Source: Obrimoposthia wandeli (lineage: Eukaryota). Taken from it: 64,000 nt of DNA. Below, one piece after another: positions 24,924-37,109 of this stretch. The stretch covers positions 434,001 through 498,000 of the forward strand of contig CDROCS010000956.1 of the NCBI GenBank assembly GCA_977020255.1. Reading direction: 5' to 3'. A program made the position numbers and the translations under genes. Below the pieces are notes generated by a model. That model was given only the letters and a program-made list of their open reading frames with translations. It was not told the DNA's origin and did no database searches. Position 1 is the stretch's first letter; each line of letters starts with the position of its first letter.

Positions 24924-25861
24924 NNNNNNNNNNNNNNNNNNNNNNNNNNNNNNNNNNNNNNNNNNNNNNNNNNNNNNNNNNNNNNNNNNNNNNNNNNNNN
25001 NNNNNNNNNNNNNNNNNNNNNNNNNNNNNNNNNNNNNNNNNNNNNNNNNNNNNNNNNNNNNNNNNNNNNNNNNNNNNNNNNNNNNNNNNNNNNNNNNNNN
25101 NNNNNNNNNNNNNNNNNNNNNNNNNNNNNNNNNNNNNNNNNNNNNNNNNNNNNNNNNNNNNNNNNNNNNNNNNNNNNNNNNNNNNNNNNNNNNNNNNNNN
25201 NNNNNNNNNNNNNNNNNNNNNNNNNNNNNNNNNNNNNNNNNNNNNNNNNNNNNNNNNNNNNNNNNNNNNNNNNNNNNNNNNNNNNNNNNNNNNNNNNNNN
25301 NNNNNNNNNNNNNNNNNNNNNNNNNNNNNNNNNNNNNNNNNNNNNNNNNNNNNNNNNNNNNNNNNNNNNNNNNNNNNNNNNNNNNNNNNNNNNNNNNNNN
25401 NNNNNNNNNNNNNNNNNNNNNNNNNNNNNNNNNNNNNNNNNNNNNNNNNNNNNNNNNNNNNNNNNNNNNNNNNNNNNNNNNNNNNNNNNNNNNNNNNNNN
25501 NNNNNNNNNNNNNNNNNNNNNNNNNNNNNNNNNNNNNNNNNNNNNNNNNNNNNNNNNNNNNNNNNNNNNNNNNNNNNNNNNNNNNNNNNNNNNNNNNNNN
25601 NNNNNNNNNNNNNNNNNNNNNNNNNNNNNNNNNNNNNNNNNNNNNNNNNNNNNNNNNNNNNNNNNNNNNNNNNNNNNNNNNNNNNNNNNNNNNNNNNNNN
25701 NNNNNNNNNNNNNNNNNNNNNNNNNNNNNNNNNNNNNNNNNNNNNNNNNNNNNNNNNNNNNNNNNNNNNNNNNNNNNNNNNNNNNNNNNNNNNNNNNNNN
25801 NNNNNNNNNNNNNNNNNNNNNNNNNNNNNNNNNNNNNNNNNNNNNNNNNNNNNNNNNNNNN
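24924..25861. other. Assembly gap (938 N)
   Basis: Run of N beginning inside the 46-bp minisatellite. Confidence 1.
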
Positions 25862-26145
25862 CTACACCCGCCCCTTCGGGAGGGCTCTATTCTCACGAAA
25901 AAAACTACAAAACATGCGCTACAGTATCACTTTACCTCTCAAAACTACAAATGTAAACGACCCGTGTCATACCCTAACATACACCACCCGCTCCTTCGGG
26001 GCGGGCTTCATTCTTGATCTACAGGCACAAAAAAACATTACAAAAATTATTTGAATAAGAGGCTCTCATTGGACAATAAAAGAGGGTTAGTAAGATGTTT
26101 GTGTATATAAAGACACCTCCGTTCATTATTTTTCATAAATCAACA

Positions 26146-27846
26146 ATGCCATTCTACAACAACGTTGACCTAGACGAAGAGACGGAGGTTCAACTCTATG
26201 GGGATCTCTCTCCAGTGCAGCAGCGAACGCCACCACCGTCGCAATACATTGACTTAGATAGTCAAGAGTCATCGGTGGTGAGCGAAGGAGAAGCAGCAGC
26301 AAGAGCGAACCTGTTTGAAGCCTCATTGGCCAGCTCAACTCCAAGAGAAGAACCAATGGACGTGAGAGGTGGGGTACAGAGATCCCAATATATCGATCTG
26401 ACTAGTCAGGATTCGATAGAGAATTGGGAAGACTGTACTCCCAGACAAAACACAAAACCCAATCGTCCGGCAACTTCAGCAGTAGCAGCAGGGAGATCCA
26501 ATCTCTTCGACAATTTTGAGGCGGCAATCAAATGCCCCTGGAAATTGATCCCGCTGTCTCAACCGGAGAAAGTCCTCACACCAGACTCAGACGAGGAGCT
26601 GTTCACCGATGATGTACCTTCGGATTGGGAGGAGGACTTGACTCCATTCATCGACGAATGGATACAGCCAAGTATCGGAGCCCCAGGAGCCAACGAGTCG
26701 ATGGTAGCAGAATTGGACGAGGACGAGTGGCACCTGTTCACCGACGATTGGGATGGTCTCACTCCCTCTGCTACTCCGAAAGCAGATAATACAATGCCTG
26801 AACCATTCAAAAGGCCAAAATCTCCTGTTAGGAGAATAAAACCGACGAATGAGGTTAGACATAATTTATTTTAAATGTTTTTTAATTTCATTTTCAGAAA
26901 CTTCAACTGGATTTGGCACCGTCAGTGACCATGGTGGAGAGGCTAATTGAACCGCAGTACTTGGCGAGTCAATGCAGCCAGGAGCTGCCAAGGAGTCAGC
27001 TCCGATACCTAGCGTCTCCAGATAATTTTAAGGTAAATTATTTAGATATTAAATTTAATAATTCACATAGATAAAGAACATTCACGAAGAGGCGAAGTCT
27101 ATTCAACCGGTGGATAGGAAGCAAGCGGCAGTTAAGAAACCGCAACGCCATCGGGTCAAAACCCTCACTCGGAAGAAGGCCAAGTTAGTGAAACAGGCTA
27201 ACCTGCCCATCATTGAGGTAAATTATTTATATGTTTAAATTTTAGTAATATTTTGCAGGAACCCGTCCAGATATTTGAGGAGACTTGGGGAGAAGTTACT
27301 CCTTTCTCGCGGAAACGGACGAAGAGGGCAGAGGTGAAGAAGACGAGGCGCTCGAGAAAATGTAAAACCTCAATTGATCATTATTCTGAGACGGTGATTG
27401 GCCAGCAGGAGATTATCCAATCTCCAGTGGACGACGGACCAATCCTATATGAGAGGATCCCAGTCTCGCCGATCGAGATAAGTCCGCCCTCAAGTCAACG
27501 ACGCCTGCAGGAGACTGCTTCTCCTCATCCAACAACCAGCCAGAACTTGAAGAGGGCCTGGGATGACGCTGGATTGGATGAATTCCTGGCGGAACTGGAT
27601 TCACCGGCCATGCTTCCAGATTCGCGTGGGCAAAAGGATGCCGTCTCACGCCAGCTTCAGCGTGAGAAGGAGGAGAAAAAGAAGAAAGCTCCGCGGAAGA
27701 GGAAGAGGACTTCTATGACAGGGCCATCAACATCGGCTGCACCTCCTCCCAAAAAGTTGCGGCAACTATTGCCAAAACCTGAGGGAAGGACAATTGCTAC
27801 AAAGCAACCGGTGAAGCCGAAAAAGAAACCGGGCCGGCCAAAATAG
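26146..27846 (+). CDS. Spliced left-end gene of copy B: low-complexity protein with acidic N-half and basic, Pro-rich C-half (about 525 aa to TAG)
   Basis: Phase-0 exons 26146-26853, 26898-27032, 27071-27217 and 27259-27846, with introns of 44, 38 and 41 nt. TATATAAAG at 26104. The TAG at 27844 corresponds to AAG in copy A, so it is probably premature. Confidence 0.7.
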
Positions 27847-28153
27847 AAGGAACCAGTACCGCTTTCTCCTATAATACTTAGTCGGAGGGATTACGACCCG
27901 AATGATCCCAATGATGACTTCGTAAAGATGTTTAAAAATATAATTTATAAAAATTAGTTTCATATGTTTTCTTCTTAATATTTATTTTTTTAAATGTAGA
28001 AATACTATCTTTAAGTTTATTTGCAATGATAAGTTATAGATTTATTAAACACTCATTTGATAAATAAAAATATATCACATAATTGGATTAAAAAATATCT
28101 TAAATTTATATATATAGGTTCAAATTTATTAACCTCTTCATAATTAAAAAAAA

Positions 28154-28470
28154 ATGGAATTCATTAAAATGAAGAGTTTGGTGACGAAGATTGAAGCAAA
28201 CATCAGAATAAATGAGAAGAAAGGGACTTAAGAAAGAGGGTCCTCAACCAGAATTTGTATACTGCTGTCGCGACAGAATGGAATCATAGGGTGGAGATAC
28301 AGGATAGGAGGCTAGCAGAACGCCGTCGAATCGTGGAGTGGAATAAGAAGATCGAATTGGAAAAAAGGAAGGTGGATGAAAAAAGAAGAGAAGAGATGGA
28401 GGATGTTCGGCGAGCAGCAAGAAAGAGAATACTCCAGATTAAACCGGAAGAGGGTCCTACAAAAAAATAA
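28154..28470 (+). pseudogene. Charged coiled-coil ORF, copy B
   Basis: One G is missing at about 28225 relative to A; the E/K/R-rich C-terminus is intact. Confidence 0.6.
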
Positions 28471-28592
28471 ATTTTTGATTATTATTTTGTCTTTATTGAT
28501 TATGTTACATAGGAGAATTGACAAAATATTCCAATCTTAACATGAAAGTACTTCGTTATAAACAACGGGATTTGCTGCAAATTTGGGTAATT

Positions 28593-29081
28593 ATGCAGAA
28601 ATATATCATAGATTTTGAGGCTTTCATTAACAAAAATGGGGATTATATTATAAAAGAATTATGTATTATGGATGTATGCGACGTTTTTCATCTATTGCAT
28701 TTCATATTTCAAATAGATATCCCGTTTAAAAGTTTAGATTATAAGAAAAAATTTACTAATTTATATCTAACTAAATATTTTCATTTATTAAAATGGAAAG
28801 AAGGACATAAGGCTTTTTGTGAAATATGTATATTCAATACAATAACATCTAATTTTGATTTTGAAAATGGAATTTTTTATGTTTTAGATGAAATGGATGG
28901 CAAAAAATATATGACTTTAAAAAAATATTTTCCTAAATTGAGGTTGAATACTTTAAATATTTCACGTGATCATCTATTAAAAATTCCACGAAATATTTGC
29001 TGTCCATATCGTAATCATGGTGACCATTGCGCATATAAAAAATGTTTAAGTCTTTCTTATTATTACTTGACATGTAGATAA
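28593..29081 (+). CDS. DEDD-type exonuclease-like protein (162 aa) with a C-terminal Cys/His cluster
   Basis: IIDFEAF (ExoI-like DxE) followed by IIKELCI; C-terminal CCPYRNHGDHCAYKKC. Later catalytic motifs are not clearly identifiable. Confidence 0.5.
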   Translation: MQKYIIDFEAFINKNGDYIIKELCIMDVCDVFHLLHFIFQIDIPFKSLDYKKKFTNLYLTKYFHLLKWKEGHKAFCEICIFNTITSNFDFENGIFYVLDEMDGKKYMTLKKYFPKLRLNTLNISRDHLLKIPRNICCPYRNHGDHCAYKKCLSLSYYYLTCR

Positions 29082-29281
29082 ACAATTCTTCTAATTCATA
29101 ATTTTCATTCAATTACAATTAAATCTTTTGATTGGAGGAATAAAAAAATATTTTTTTCGACCATTTAACAGATAAACATACCTTCTCAATTTTTTAATCC
29201 AATAGGAAAAGAGCATGTGTGCATAAATTTTAGTATATAAGCAAACACTTTCTTCATTTAAATCCCCGACAATTTGAAATA

Positions 29282-32200
29282 ATGCCTATGGTAAGAATTT
29301 ATTTTTATTATTTCCTTATTAATATTTATTATTTCAGATTACTTGTAACCTATTCCCTGCGTATTGTGGTGCTTCGGCTCCACATGGAGGAGAGACCTGC
29401 ATGGAGACAATGTCTGCATACTACCGGACAAAGTCTCGCGGGCTTCACTTCTTTGTCTGCCCATTCTGCAGAACAATGGAGGAGAAGGAGTTTCGAGACT
29501 TCTTCAGTGAACATCGAGCTCATATATCGTGTTTCACGGCCAACAACAAGAAGAGGGATATCATGCAATTGGTGCGCGATTCGCGGGTCACTCCACCTCC
29601 AATTCCAGTTGCATTCGACCAACCCTTTTACGGTCCTGCGATTGGTCTCCCGGCTCCTGATTCTGACCCATCCACTCAAATGTCTAACAATGAGTGGATG
29701 AATGACATATCCCAGTCAGATTTCGAGATAGAGCAGTGGAACGATAACTCATGGTTGGAGACCATCGAGGAATCCGATTTCGTCGAGATGTCGGACGACA
29801 GCTGGATGGAATTCGTCAATGAAGAGGACTTCATTACAGCTCAACTTGGATTGCCTTCATTAGGTATTTTTTATTATTATTTTTAAATTATATATTTTAT
29901 TTTTATTATATAATTTTTATTTTTTGTTTTTTATTCAGGAAGTACCATGATACAGCCGTCAACATCGGCAGCATGTTCAATAGCAGCACCTTCAACCTCA
30001 GCTGCGATTGTGTCAACTATTAATATAAATAGTTGTCTTCCCGTTCAATTAGGGGAGGTTTGTCAGCGACAAACGGAAGAAAGAGGCGAGGCCAATTTTT
30101 TAATAAGGTCCCACCAAAAAAAACGTAGAGAAAACGGTTGCACGATCAGTATGAGAGTATTCACCTACCGGCTTCGGCAGGACTACTATTCTTAGGCCCC
30201 AATATTACCCAGTATCATAAATTTTCCGGTCCAAATTGTATTTTAGATTTTATGTTAAAATTAGAGGAATTAGGAACAACAATTGTCAAACCGTGGTATG
30301 ATCTCAATGCTCATCAAGCAATGATCATGACAGGCATAGACTGGGTTAATTTTAATTCTTGTAGATTATGTTATTTGTGTGGAACCCAGTCTAAGTTAGT
30401 CAGAGATCACGATCATGTTACGGGGCGATACTTGGGAGCGGCGTGCAACCTTTGTAACCTTGGCCGTCGTCTAGCTAAAAAACCACGCATTCCCATCGTG
30501 TTTCGTAACCTCAAAGGATATGATTTGCATCATATACTTAAATACGCGTTGGGTACATTAAGCTCTTGGGAAATTTCATGTATACCTCAAACTTCAGAGA
30601 AATATTTATCTTTAAATGCATATATTGAATTCTGCAGTTTAAGATTCATAGATTATCTGCAGTGTTTGAGCGGGTCTTTAAAAAATTTAACGGCATCTTT
30701 AAATGCATGGCCAATTACACAGTCAGTGTTCCCAGCTTCGGTTAACGATAAGGGGATTTTTCCGTATAAATTTGCGAAAACTTTCGCAGATTTAGAAAAT
30801 ACAACTGAAATCCCACCCATAACTGAATTTGAGGGTGTAAGTCTTCAAGACTATAATGAGGCCCGTACATTTTGGGTGAATAATTGTCAAAATATTCTCG
30901 AATATATGCTTTATTATATGAAGTTAGACATTTATCTTTTAGCTGATGTTTTTGAGTCCTTTCGTGTAAAGTCTTTAGCAGAAGATGGGCTAGATCCCAT
31001 GCATTTCTTTAGTTTACCTGGTCTTTCATGGGCAACAGCAATAAAAACTCTTAAAATTAATATCGAGTTACTGCAAGATCCTGCGATGTATCAAATGTAT
31101 GATTATGGTATACGCGGTGGAATGACTTTTGTCAACAAACATCATGTTGTCAAAAATCAATCCACGGAGATTCTGTACATCGATATTAATAATTTGTATG
31201 GGTGGGCGCTTACTCAACCTCTACCTCATGCCAACTTTAAGTGGGTTTATGATGTGGATCAGTTGAATAAGTTGATGACAGATTTGGCTACTGTTGATAC
31301 AGTTTCATCCGACGTGGGCTATTTGGTTGAGGTGGACATAAAAAATCCCTCCCAATGTGCATGATAAATTAGATGATCTTCCAGTAGCGCCTGTTCATCA
31401 ATGCCCACCTAATTCAAAGGTTAAGAAATTATTGTTAACCCATGAAGACAAGTTGAATTATGTTGTGCATTGGCGGCTTCTTCAATTCTACTTAAAGTTG
31501 GGAGCGAAAGTTACTCAAATTCATCGTGCTATAAGTTTCAGTCAAAACTTTGTGTTTAAAGACTATATTGAGAAGAATTCAAGAAAACGTAATTCGATCG
31601 AGATTTTTACAAGCTAAAAAGTAATAGTCTCTTTGGAAAAACTGTAGAGGACTTGCGGAAACGTATTTGTCTACGGTTTTGCAATGATGAGCGTAAACTA
31701 ATAACATATACTAGCAAGTACAACTTCAAGCGTAGTTTTACAATTGTATATGACTTGGTAGCAGTGTTATTAGGAAAACAGAGTATTTGTCTCGATCGAC
31801 CGAGTTATATAGGTCAAACGGTTTTAGACATTTCTAAACTCAGAATGTATGAGCTTCAATACATAGAATTGGAGAAATACCGACAAGAATTTAATTGTGA
31901 GATCAAAATCGCAGCTGGGGACACTGACTCTTTCTTTTTAGAATGTAAAAATGTTAGTTTAATTAATCAATTATTACCAGCAATGTTTAGGGACAACATA
32001 TTAGATACCCATAAATATCCCGCTAACCATCCTCTACACTCTATGAGTTTAAAGGACATTATCGGGAAATTTAAGGGACAGGTTTCGTATGATGATTGTA
32101 TTTTCCTACGCCCTAAATGCTACAGTTTACATGCATCTAATAATACATGTTCAATGAGAGCAAAGGGTGTGGGAAGAAACAATCTTACACATGAGGCCTA

Positions 32201-32375
32201 CCGGAAAGTTTATGATACTGGGTGTATTGAAAGCGTTGAGCAAACTAGATTTATTTCAAGAGCCCATCAACTGTATTCCCATAAATCAACCAAAATCGCG
32301 TTGAGTAGTAATGACGACAAGCGCTTTTGGGTAGAAAAGAACGCTAGCCTGGCTTATGGACACTTCAGAATTTAA
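29282..32375 (+). pseudogene. Protein-primed family B DNA polymerase (pPolB), spliced at the 5' end
   Basis: Introns 29291-29337 and 29864-29938. Motifs NLKGYD, YMKLDIYLLADVFESFR, YIDINNLYGWAL (A), KLKSNSLFGKT (B), GDTDS (C) and LRPKCY. Frameshifts near 31357 and 31600; the ExoI region is deleted at about 30100-30138. Confidence 0.95.
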
Positions 32376-32653
32376 ACGATTTTCATTTTTTGATTTTTTT
32401 AGTTTAGTTTTTTAAAATTTTAGATCCCTATGGCACCTAGACTCTAACTTATTTGTTATTTCAATACTTTTTTTAGGATGGACCTTATTTATTATGCCTT
32501 ATCTTTGCTGACATATCTCATTGTGATGTTGTGATTAATAAATGTATTAAAAAAAATTGTCTTATGTCTTTTATTATTTTACCCTTAAATTTTTAGAGAT
32601 TTCAAAAAAATAATTCAAAATAAAACATTAAAAATATTTAATTTTATAACACA

Positions 32654-33034
32654 CTAATCGTTTTGCAACGATAACCATAAAATAAATAAATGTTCACAGT
32701 TTCTCGTCGCAGGATCCTGATATTGTATCTTGTTGTAAAATACTCTTCTTCGTCCTTTTTGAATAGTTGAAACAAGTTTGTGTGGATAATACATTGCAAG
32801 TGGATCAAATACATGTATTGTACACTCTCTAACATAAATAGCTATCCAATGTTCTCCTGGTAAATTCGAAGTATGAGTATTGATAATATAACCTCCAGAT
32901 TGAAAAAATGGAATCATATCAATAGGATAAACTCCATTGAATTTATCACCCAGGACCTTCTCTGCTGATTCTTTTACTTGTTTTGAACTAAATAAAAATT
33001 AATAAATATAAATTTAAAATATGTCTTACTCCAT
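32654..33034 (-). CDS. Adenain-like cysteine protease (112 aa, spliced)
   Basis: 5-nt exon ATGGA (33030-33034), 42-nt intron 32988-33029, exon 32654-32987. Gives MDSKQVKES...FNGVYPIDMIP...NTHTSNLPGEHWIAIY...FDPL...IQYQD...NCEHL, retaining His, Asp, Gln and Cys. Confidence 0.85.
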
Positions 33035-33035
33035 T

Positions 33036-34072
33036 CTATAATATGACAGTTCTGTTTTTATTGATTTGTATTTCCGAATCAAATACTCCGTAAATAAGCA
33101 CCGTAGTAGGATTTGTTAAAGCTGCATTGAACTTAATTTCTAGTCGTAAATTTCCATCCTTTGGTAGTTGGCATTGGTTTATATCAAAGTCTGGTGCCAA
33201 AACGAATGTGAAGAACGGGCAGCTGTTTTTAAAGTCAGTGAAAGAAATACCATTGTTTATATTTTTATCTAGTTGACCCAAATTCCGAATAATAGATTGG
33301 GTATAAGCCAAAGCATAAGCGTTACCTTCGAAATCTGTTTTATATGTGTCACGATAATCAGTATTTCTTGAAAGTGTCACTGAACCAACTTTAAGATTGT
33401 CAAATTGAGTTGCATCTGTCGTATAATTTCCTAGAAACTTTGCAGTTTTTTGAAAAGAAATTAAAATGAATTTCGGTAATCTTACATCACCAAAAATTTT
33501 ATCAAAGAAAAATTCCATTTATTACGTTTCAAACGAAGATGTACATTAACACCGGGAATTAAATATTTCGGTTGTTCAAAGAAATTCAATCTCAAAGACC
33601 CACACATTTTGTAAGCTTTAGAACCTGCAATCCATTCTTTGCGAGTTGCATCAGTTTTATCATAACCAATGGTTGCCAAATTAGTATTTTGAGTATCAGT
33701 ACTATAATTCAAAAGACTTTCAATCAAAGCTTTATGAGCATAGGAAGAATTTCCACCTTCAATTTTGACATTATTAAGAGTAACAATGGCATCATTAAAT
33801 AAAGAATTAAATAGATAATTTACAGGTGTTACATCTGCATTTTCATCTAAATTACTACCATCCCGATTTAATACTTTTATTTGAACATAAAGCAAAGTAT
33901 CATTCAAATCTAAATACTCGCTATTGGAACCATTAATATTAAATTCGAAATCGGTTAAATTGGTTCCTGAAACTGAGTTAACAAGGAATATTTCTTCAAA
34001 GGAAGCATTATCTACAACTACTTGTGGAAGCGGTTTATCAAAAATACATAATTCAGTTTTGGCGCAACTCAT
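33036..34072 (-). pseudogene. Major capsid protein (double jelly-roll, hexon-like), frameshifted with probable internal deletion
   Basis: CAKTELCIF.KP.PQ...FEFNI.GS...YLDLNDTLLYVQIKV and PKYLIPGVNVHLRL in frame 1; FTFVLAPD...GNLRLEIKF.AAL...TVLIYGVFDSEIQIN in frame 2. About 345 aa in total, short for a Polinton MCP. Confidence 0.88.
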
Positions 34073-34446
34073 TTTGCAAATATTGTTCCTTCAACTTTCT
34101 TACATTTGTTTATATTAATTTTTAGCTTATTTTTACTGTTAAATCCACTACCTCCTTGACTTTTATTTGATTTACGTTTTCTAATCAAATTAGCAACTTC
34201 AGGTAAAACATTATCAAATTCATCAAGCGCATGCTTCTTAAAAGTTGGTATTAGTTTATTGTCATTAGATGAAAGGTAATCCTTTCCTAATTTTGATATA
34301 AATCGCCCGAGTCTCTTTTAAATAGGAAAGGCAAATCTACCTAATTTTCTAAGCCAGCCAGATCCGTATTGTTTACCAACAAAATATGGTAATTCTCCAC
34401 CTTGTTGGCTTTGACTATAAGCTTCAATTATTGCTGGATTCACCAT
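34069..34446 (-). pseudogene. Polinton core-protein-like ORF (PW-type), 125 aa with one premature stop
   Basis: MVNPAIIEAYSQSQQGGELPYFVGKQYGSGWLRKLGRFAFPI*KRLG...SQGGSGF.... Its stop overlaps the MCP ATG. Confidence 0.7.
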
Positions 34447-35480
34447 TTTGTTTTCTTAAATGTATTGTTTAACTTGTCTTGGCCCCGTACGTGAAATCTA
34501 TTAGTTGTCCGGAATCATCTCTAATATTTACTTCAATATTGTTTATAGAAAAGAGAGAAACTGGAAGATACATTGGTTGATCTATACACATACCGACAGT
34601 GTCCCCATCTCTAGTTTCATTTTTAGATATCCATATTGTTCTCAAAAGTGAAACTCGCTGTCCTCCTACAAGCGTTGGTTCTATTAAATTAGTATAAATA
34701 TATAAATGATTAACAGCATTTAAAAGTTTTGCCTTATTTTTAGCTTTTATGGTTTTTATTGTATGGGTTTCAAAGGTATTTCTGTTTAAACCAAGGTTTT
34801 TAGCAAGTTTATCATCAAATGAAACTCGTTTTATATTGCTCTTTACTGTAAACGTTAATTTACCATTTAATGTTTCACATTTATCCAAATATTCACTACA
34901 TTCCTTCTGTATTAATTTACAGAAATTCACTTCACTATCTATTTTATAATCTTTTGAAAACGTTTTCAGTTCCACTACAGTCTTTGTTCTCGTTTCAAGT
35001 AACAACACTTTCGCTACTCTACCAGGAACATTTCTAACCGAATTAGATGAGATAATATCCCGTTTATTACGAGCTACTGTTTGTTCACTATCAAAACTGA
35101 ATTGAAGAGCTTCTTTTTTAGATTCAAAATTAATTTTAATAACTTGAAGAAATTTTAATAGATTTTTAATCTGACTTTGTTATTTTCAAATATTACTTTC
35201 ACTTCTTTATCTATACAATTGTAATAGAATTGTCCTTTACTATCAAACTCGATCACAACTTCAGTTGTTTTTTCATGATCAACTTCTTTCGTAAACGAAA
35301 TATGTGAGTTTTTTTTATAGTAATTGGAGAATAATAAAAAGAAAATTCTGTTAAAGCCGGTTCCCATTCTCCTTGGAGATTTATTGAATTTTCCCAATCG
35401 ATAATGAAGCTACTAGCGTCATTATCTGGTTGAGTCTTCGGACATCCGTTACTTGTTAAAACCATATACATAGAATTCAT
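34446..35480 (-). pseudogene. Minor capsid (penton-like) protein, copy B
   Basis: Homologous to 15550-16614; frameshifts near 35320 and 35158 and a premature TAA near 34469. Confidence 0.85.
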
Positions 35481-36506
35481 ATTATATTAGATGCTGATAT
35501 CCAAGTTGGGTCTGAATAACCATGCCATTTAACAAAGTATTGTTTATGTTTACCTGTACCCTTAGATTTTAATATTTTTTGAATACGGAAAACGCTAGGT
35601 TTATTTGATATTACTTGTAGTTCTTGCTCGTAAAATTTACCCTTGAACGATATTATTGTCAGCATCTTTAATAGTATACATTATTGGATTACTCTTTTGA
35701 TCAATTTTTCTTATACAAAATATTTCATCGCTCCAATTCTGATCAAAGTTTTTAATAAATGGAGTAGAGCTAATTTTCGAAATTCGAACATATTCGTTTT
35801 TCTTATATTTAGCTTTTTTAATTTTATCTTTTTTATTCCTGTTCATCCAAATGTCCATAGAGTTTTTATTAGTAACATCAACAGGTCTCATTCTCTTGAG
35901 ACCTCTATGTTCAGAGTGATTATATGCATGTATTATTTTAGGTAAAACTTGGATCCATTTTTTATTTCCTTCTTTTGTGAAATACTTTTTTATTCGATCT
36001 CTTAGAGTACGATTAAATCTTTCTACTACAGCTGCTTTGTATTGTGAAAACACAGAGTAATGATTTATATTATTTTGTTTAAATAATGATTGAACCTGCT
36101 TATTATAAAATTCTTTTCCTAAATCAGTTTGCACATTTTGTGGAATGTCCTCTTTTAATATTTCTTTAATGGCTTCAAGCATAGCTATTGAAGACTTTGC
36201 TTTAACTGGAATTGCATGAGCAAACCTGCTAAATACATCAATACATGTTAAAATATATCGATATCCCTTATTAATGGAAGAATATGGGATCATCTCCATC
36301 AAATCCATTTGCCATAAATTATTAGGACCGCTGGTTTTGTAAGCTCTAGTTGGAAACCTTCTTCTCATCGGCTTGTTCAGACTGTAGGCTAACTGGTCGC
36401 TCATCCATTTCTTCGTTTTCTTGTAATTTTGTTTTGTTCTTTTTGCTAATTTTGAAACTCCTGTGTAGCCAATTGGATCTTTTGGATTGAACCATGTCTT
36501 CTCCAT
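35477..36506 (-). CDS. Integrase (rve) with chromodomain in the +1 frame, copy B
   Basis: ATG at 36506 (MEKTWFNP). The DDE core is open to GGG-TAA at 35637-35642, and the chromodomain is at 35477-35640. Confidence 0.9.
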
Positions 36507-36591
36507 TACAACAATTTGAATAGAAAGAAAATTTAAGTTTAGGTAAAGAAGGGCTAGCACCCATATCTTTAACTGATTTTAGAAATAATGT

Positions 36592-36931
36592 TTATGAACG
36601 TGTCGCAGCTATAATACTACTGATAATTGAAGCAACAACTGGAATAACAACCCCTATGAAACCACCATTCTGTTTAAGAATAATATTTCGTTTCCTTTTT
36701 TTACTTTTTACATTAGCAATATCTAGAAGAGTTTTTCTATATTTCTTTAATATATTTTTCCGATTTCCAACTTTTACTCGACCCAAAACTATATTATATT
36801 AAACTTCCAATAAATCATCTACAATCATGTACAACAAAGGATGGAAATGCTTTAAGAATAATCATTCTCTTATTAGAAGAGGCTTTGACTAAAGCTTTAA
36901 AATAGGGTATGCTTCTTTGTATTTTCTTCAT
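36592..36931 (-). pseudogene. Small basic ORF ending QNGGF plus a hydrophobic helix, copy B
   Basis: Carries the same 10-bp duplication (36814-36833) and in-frame TAA as copy A. Confidence 0.7.
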
Positions 36932-37109
36932 TTTAATAAAAAGAGTTTAATTTAAATATTGTTTATATTCGAAGCCATTTAAGTTTTTTTTTATTTTTAA
37001 CTACAGATTTGATTAATTTTTTCACTTCTTTTTTCTTAATGATTCTTTTTTTGATTTCTTAGATTTTACTTTACGTTTAAATATCAACTTTGTAAAAGGC
37101 ATTGTAAAT

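Noticed and set aside
24901-26054. Long ORFs of 331 and 378 aa in the track
   Set aside because: Artefacts of translating the 938-N gap.
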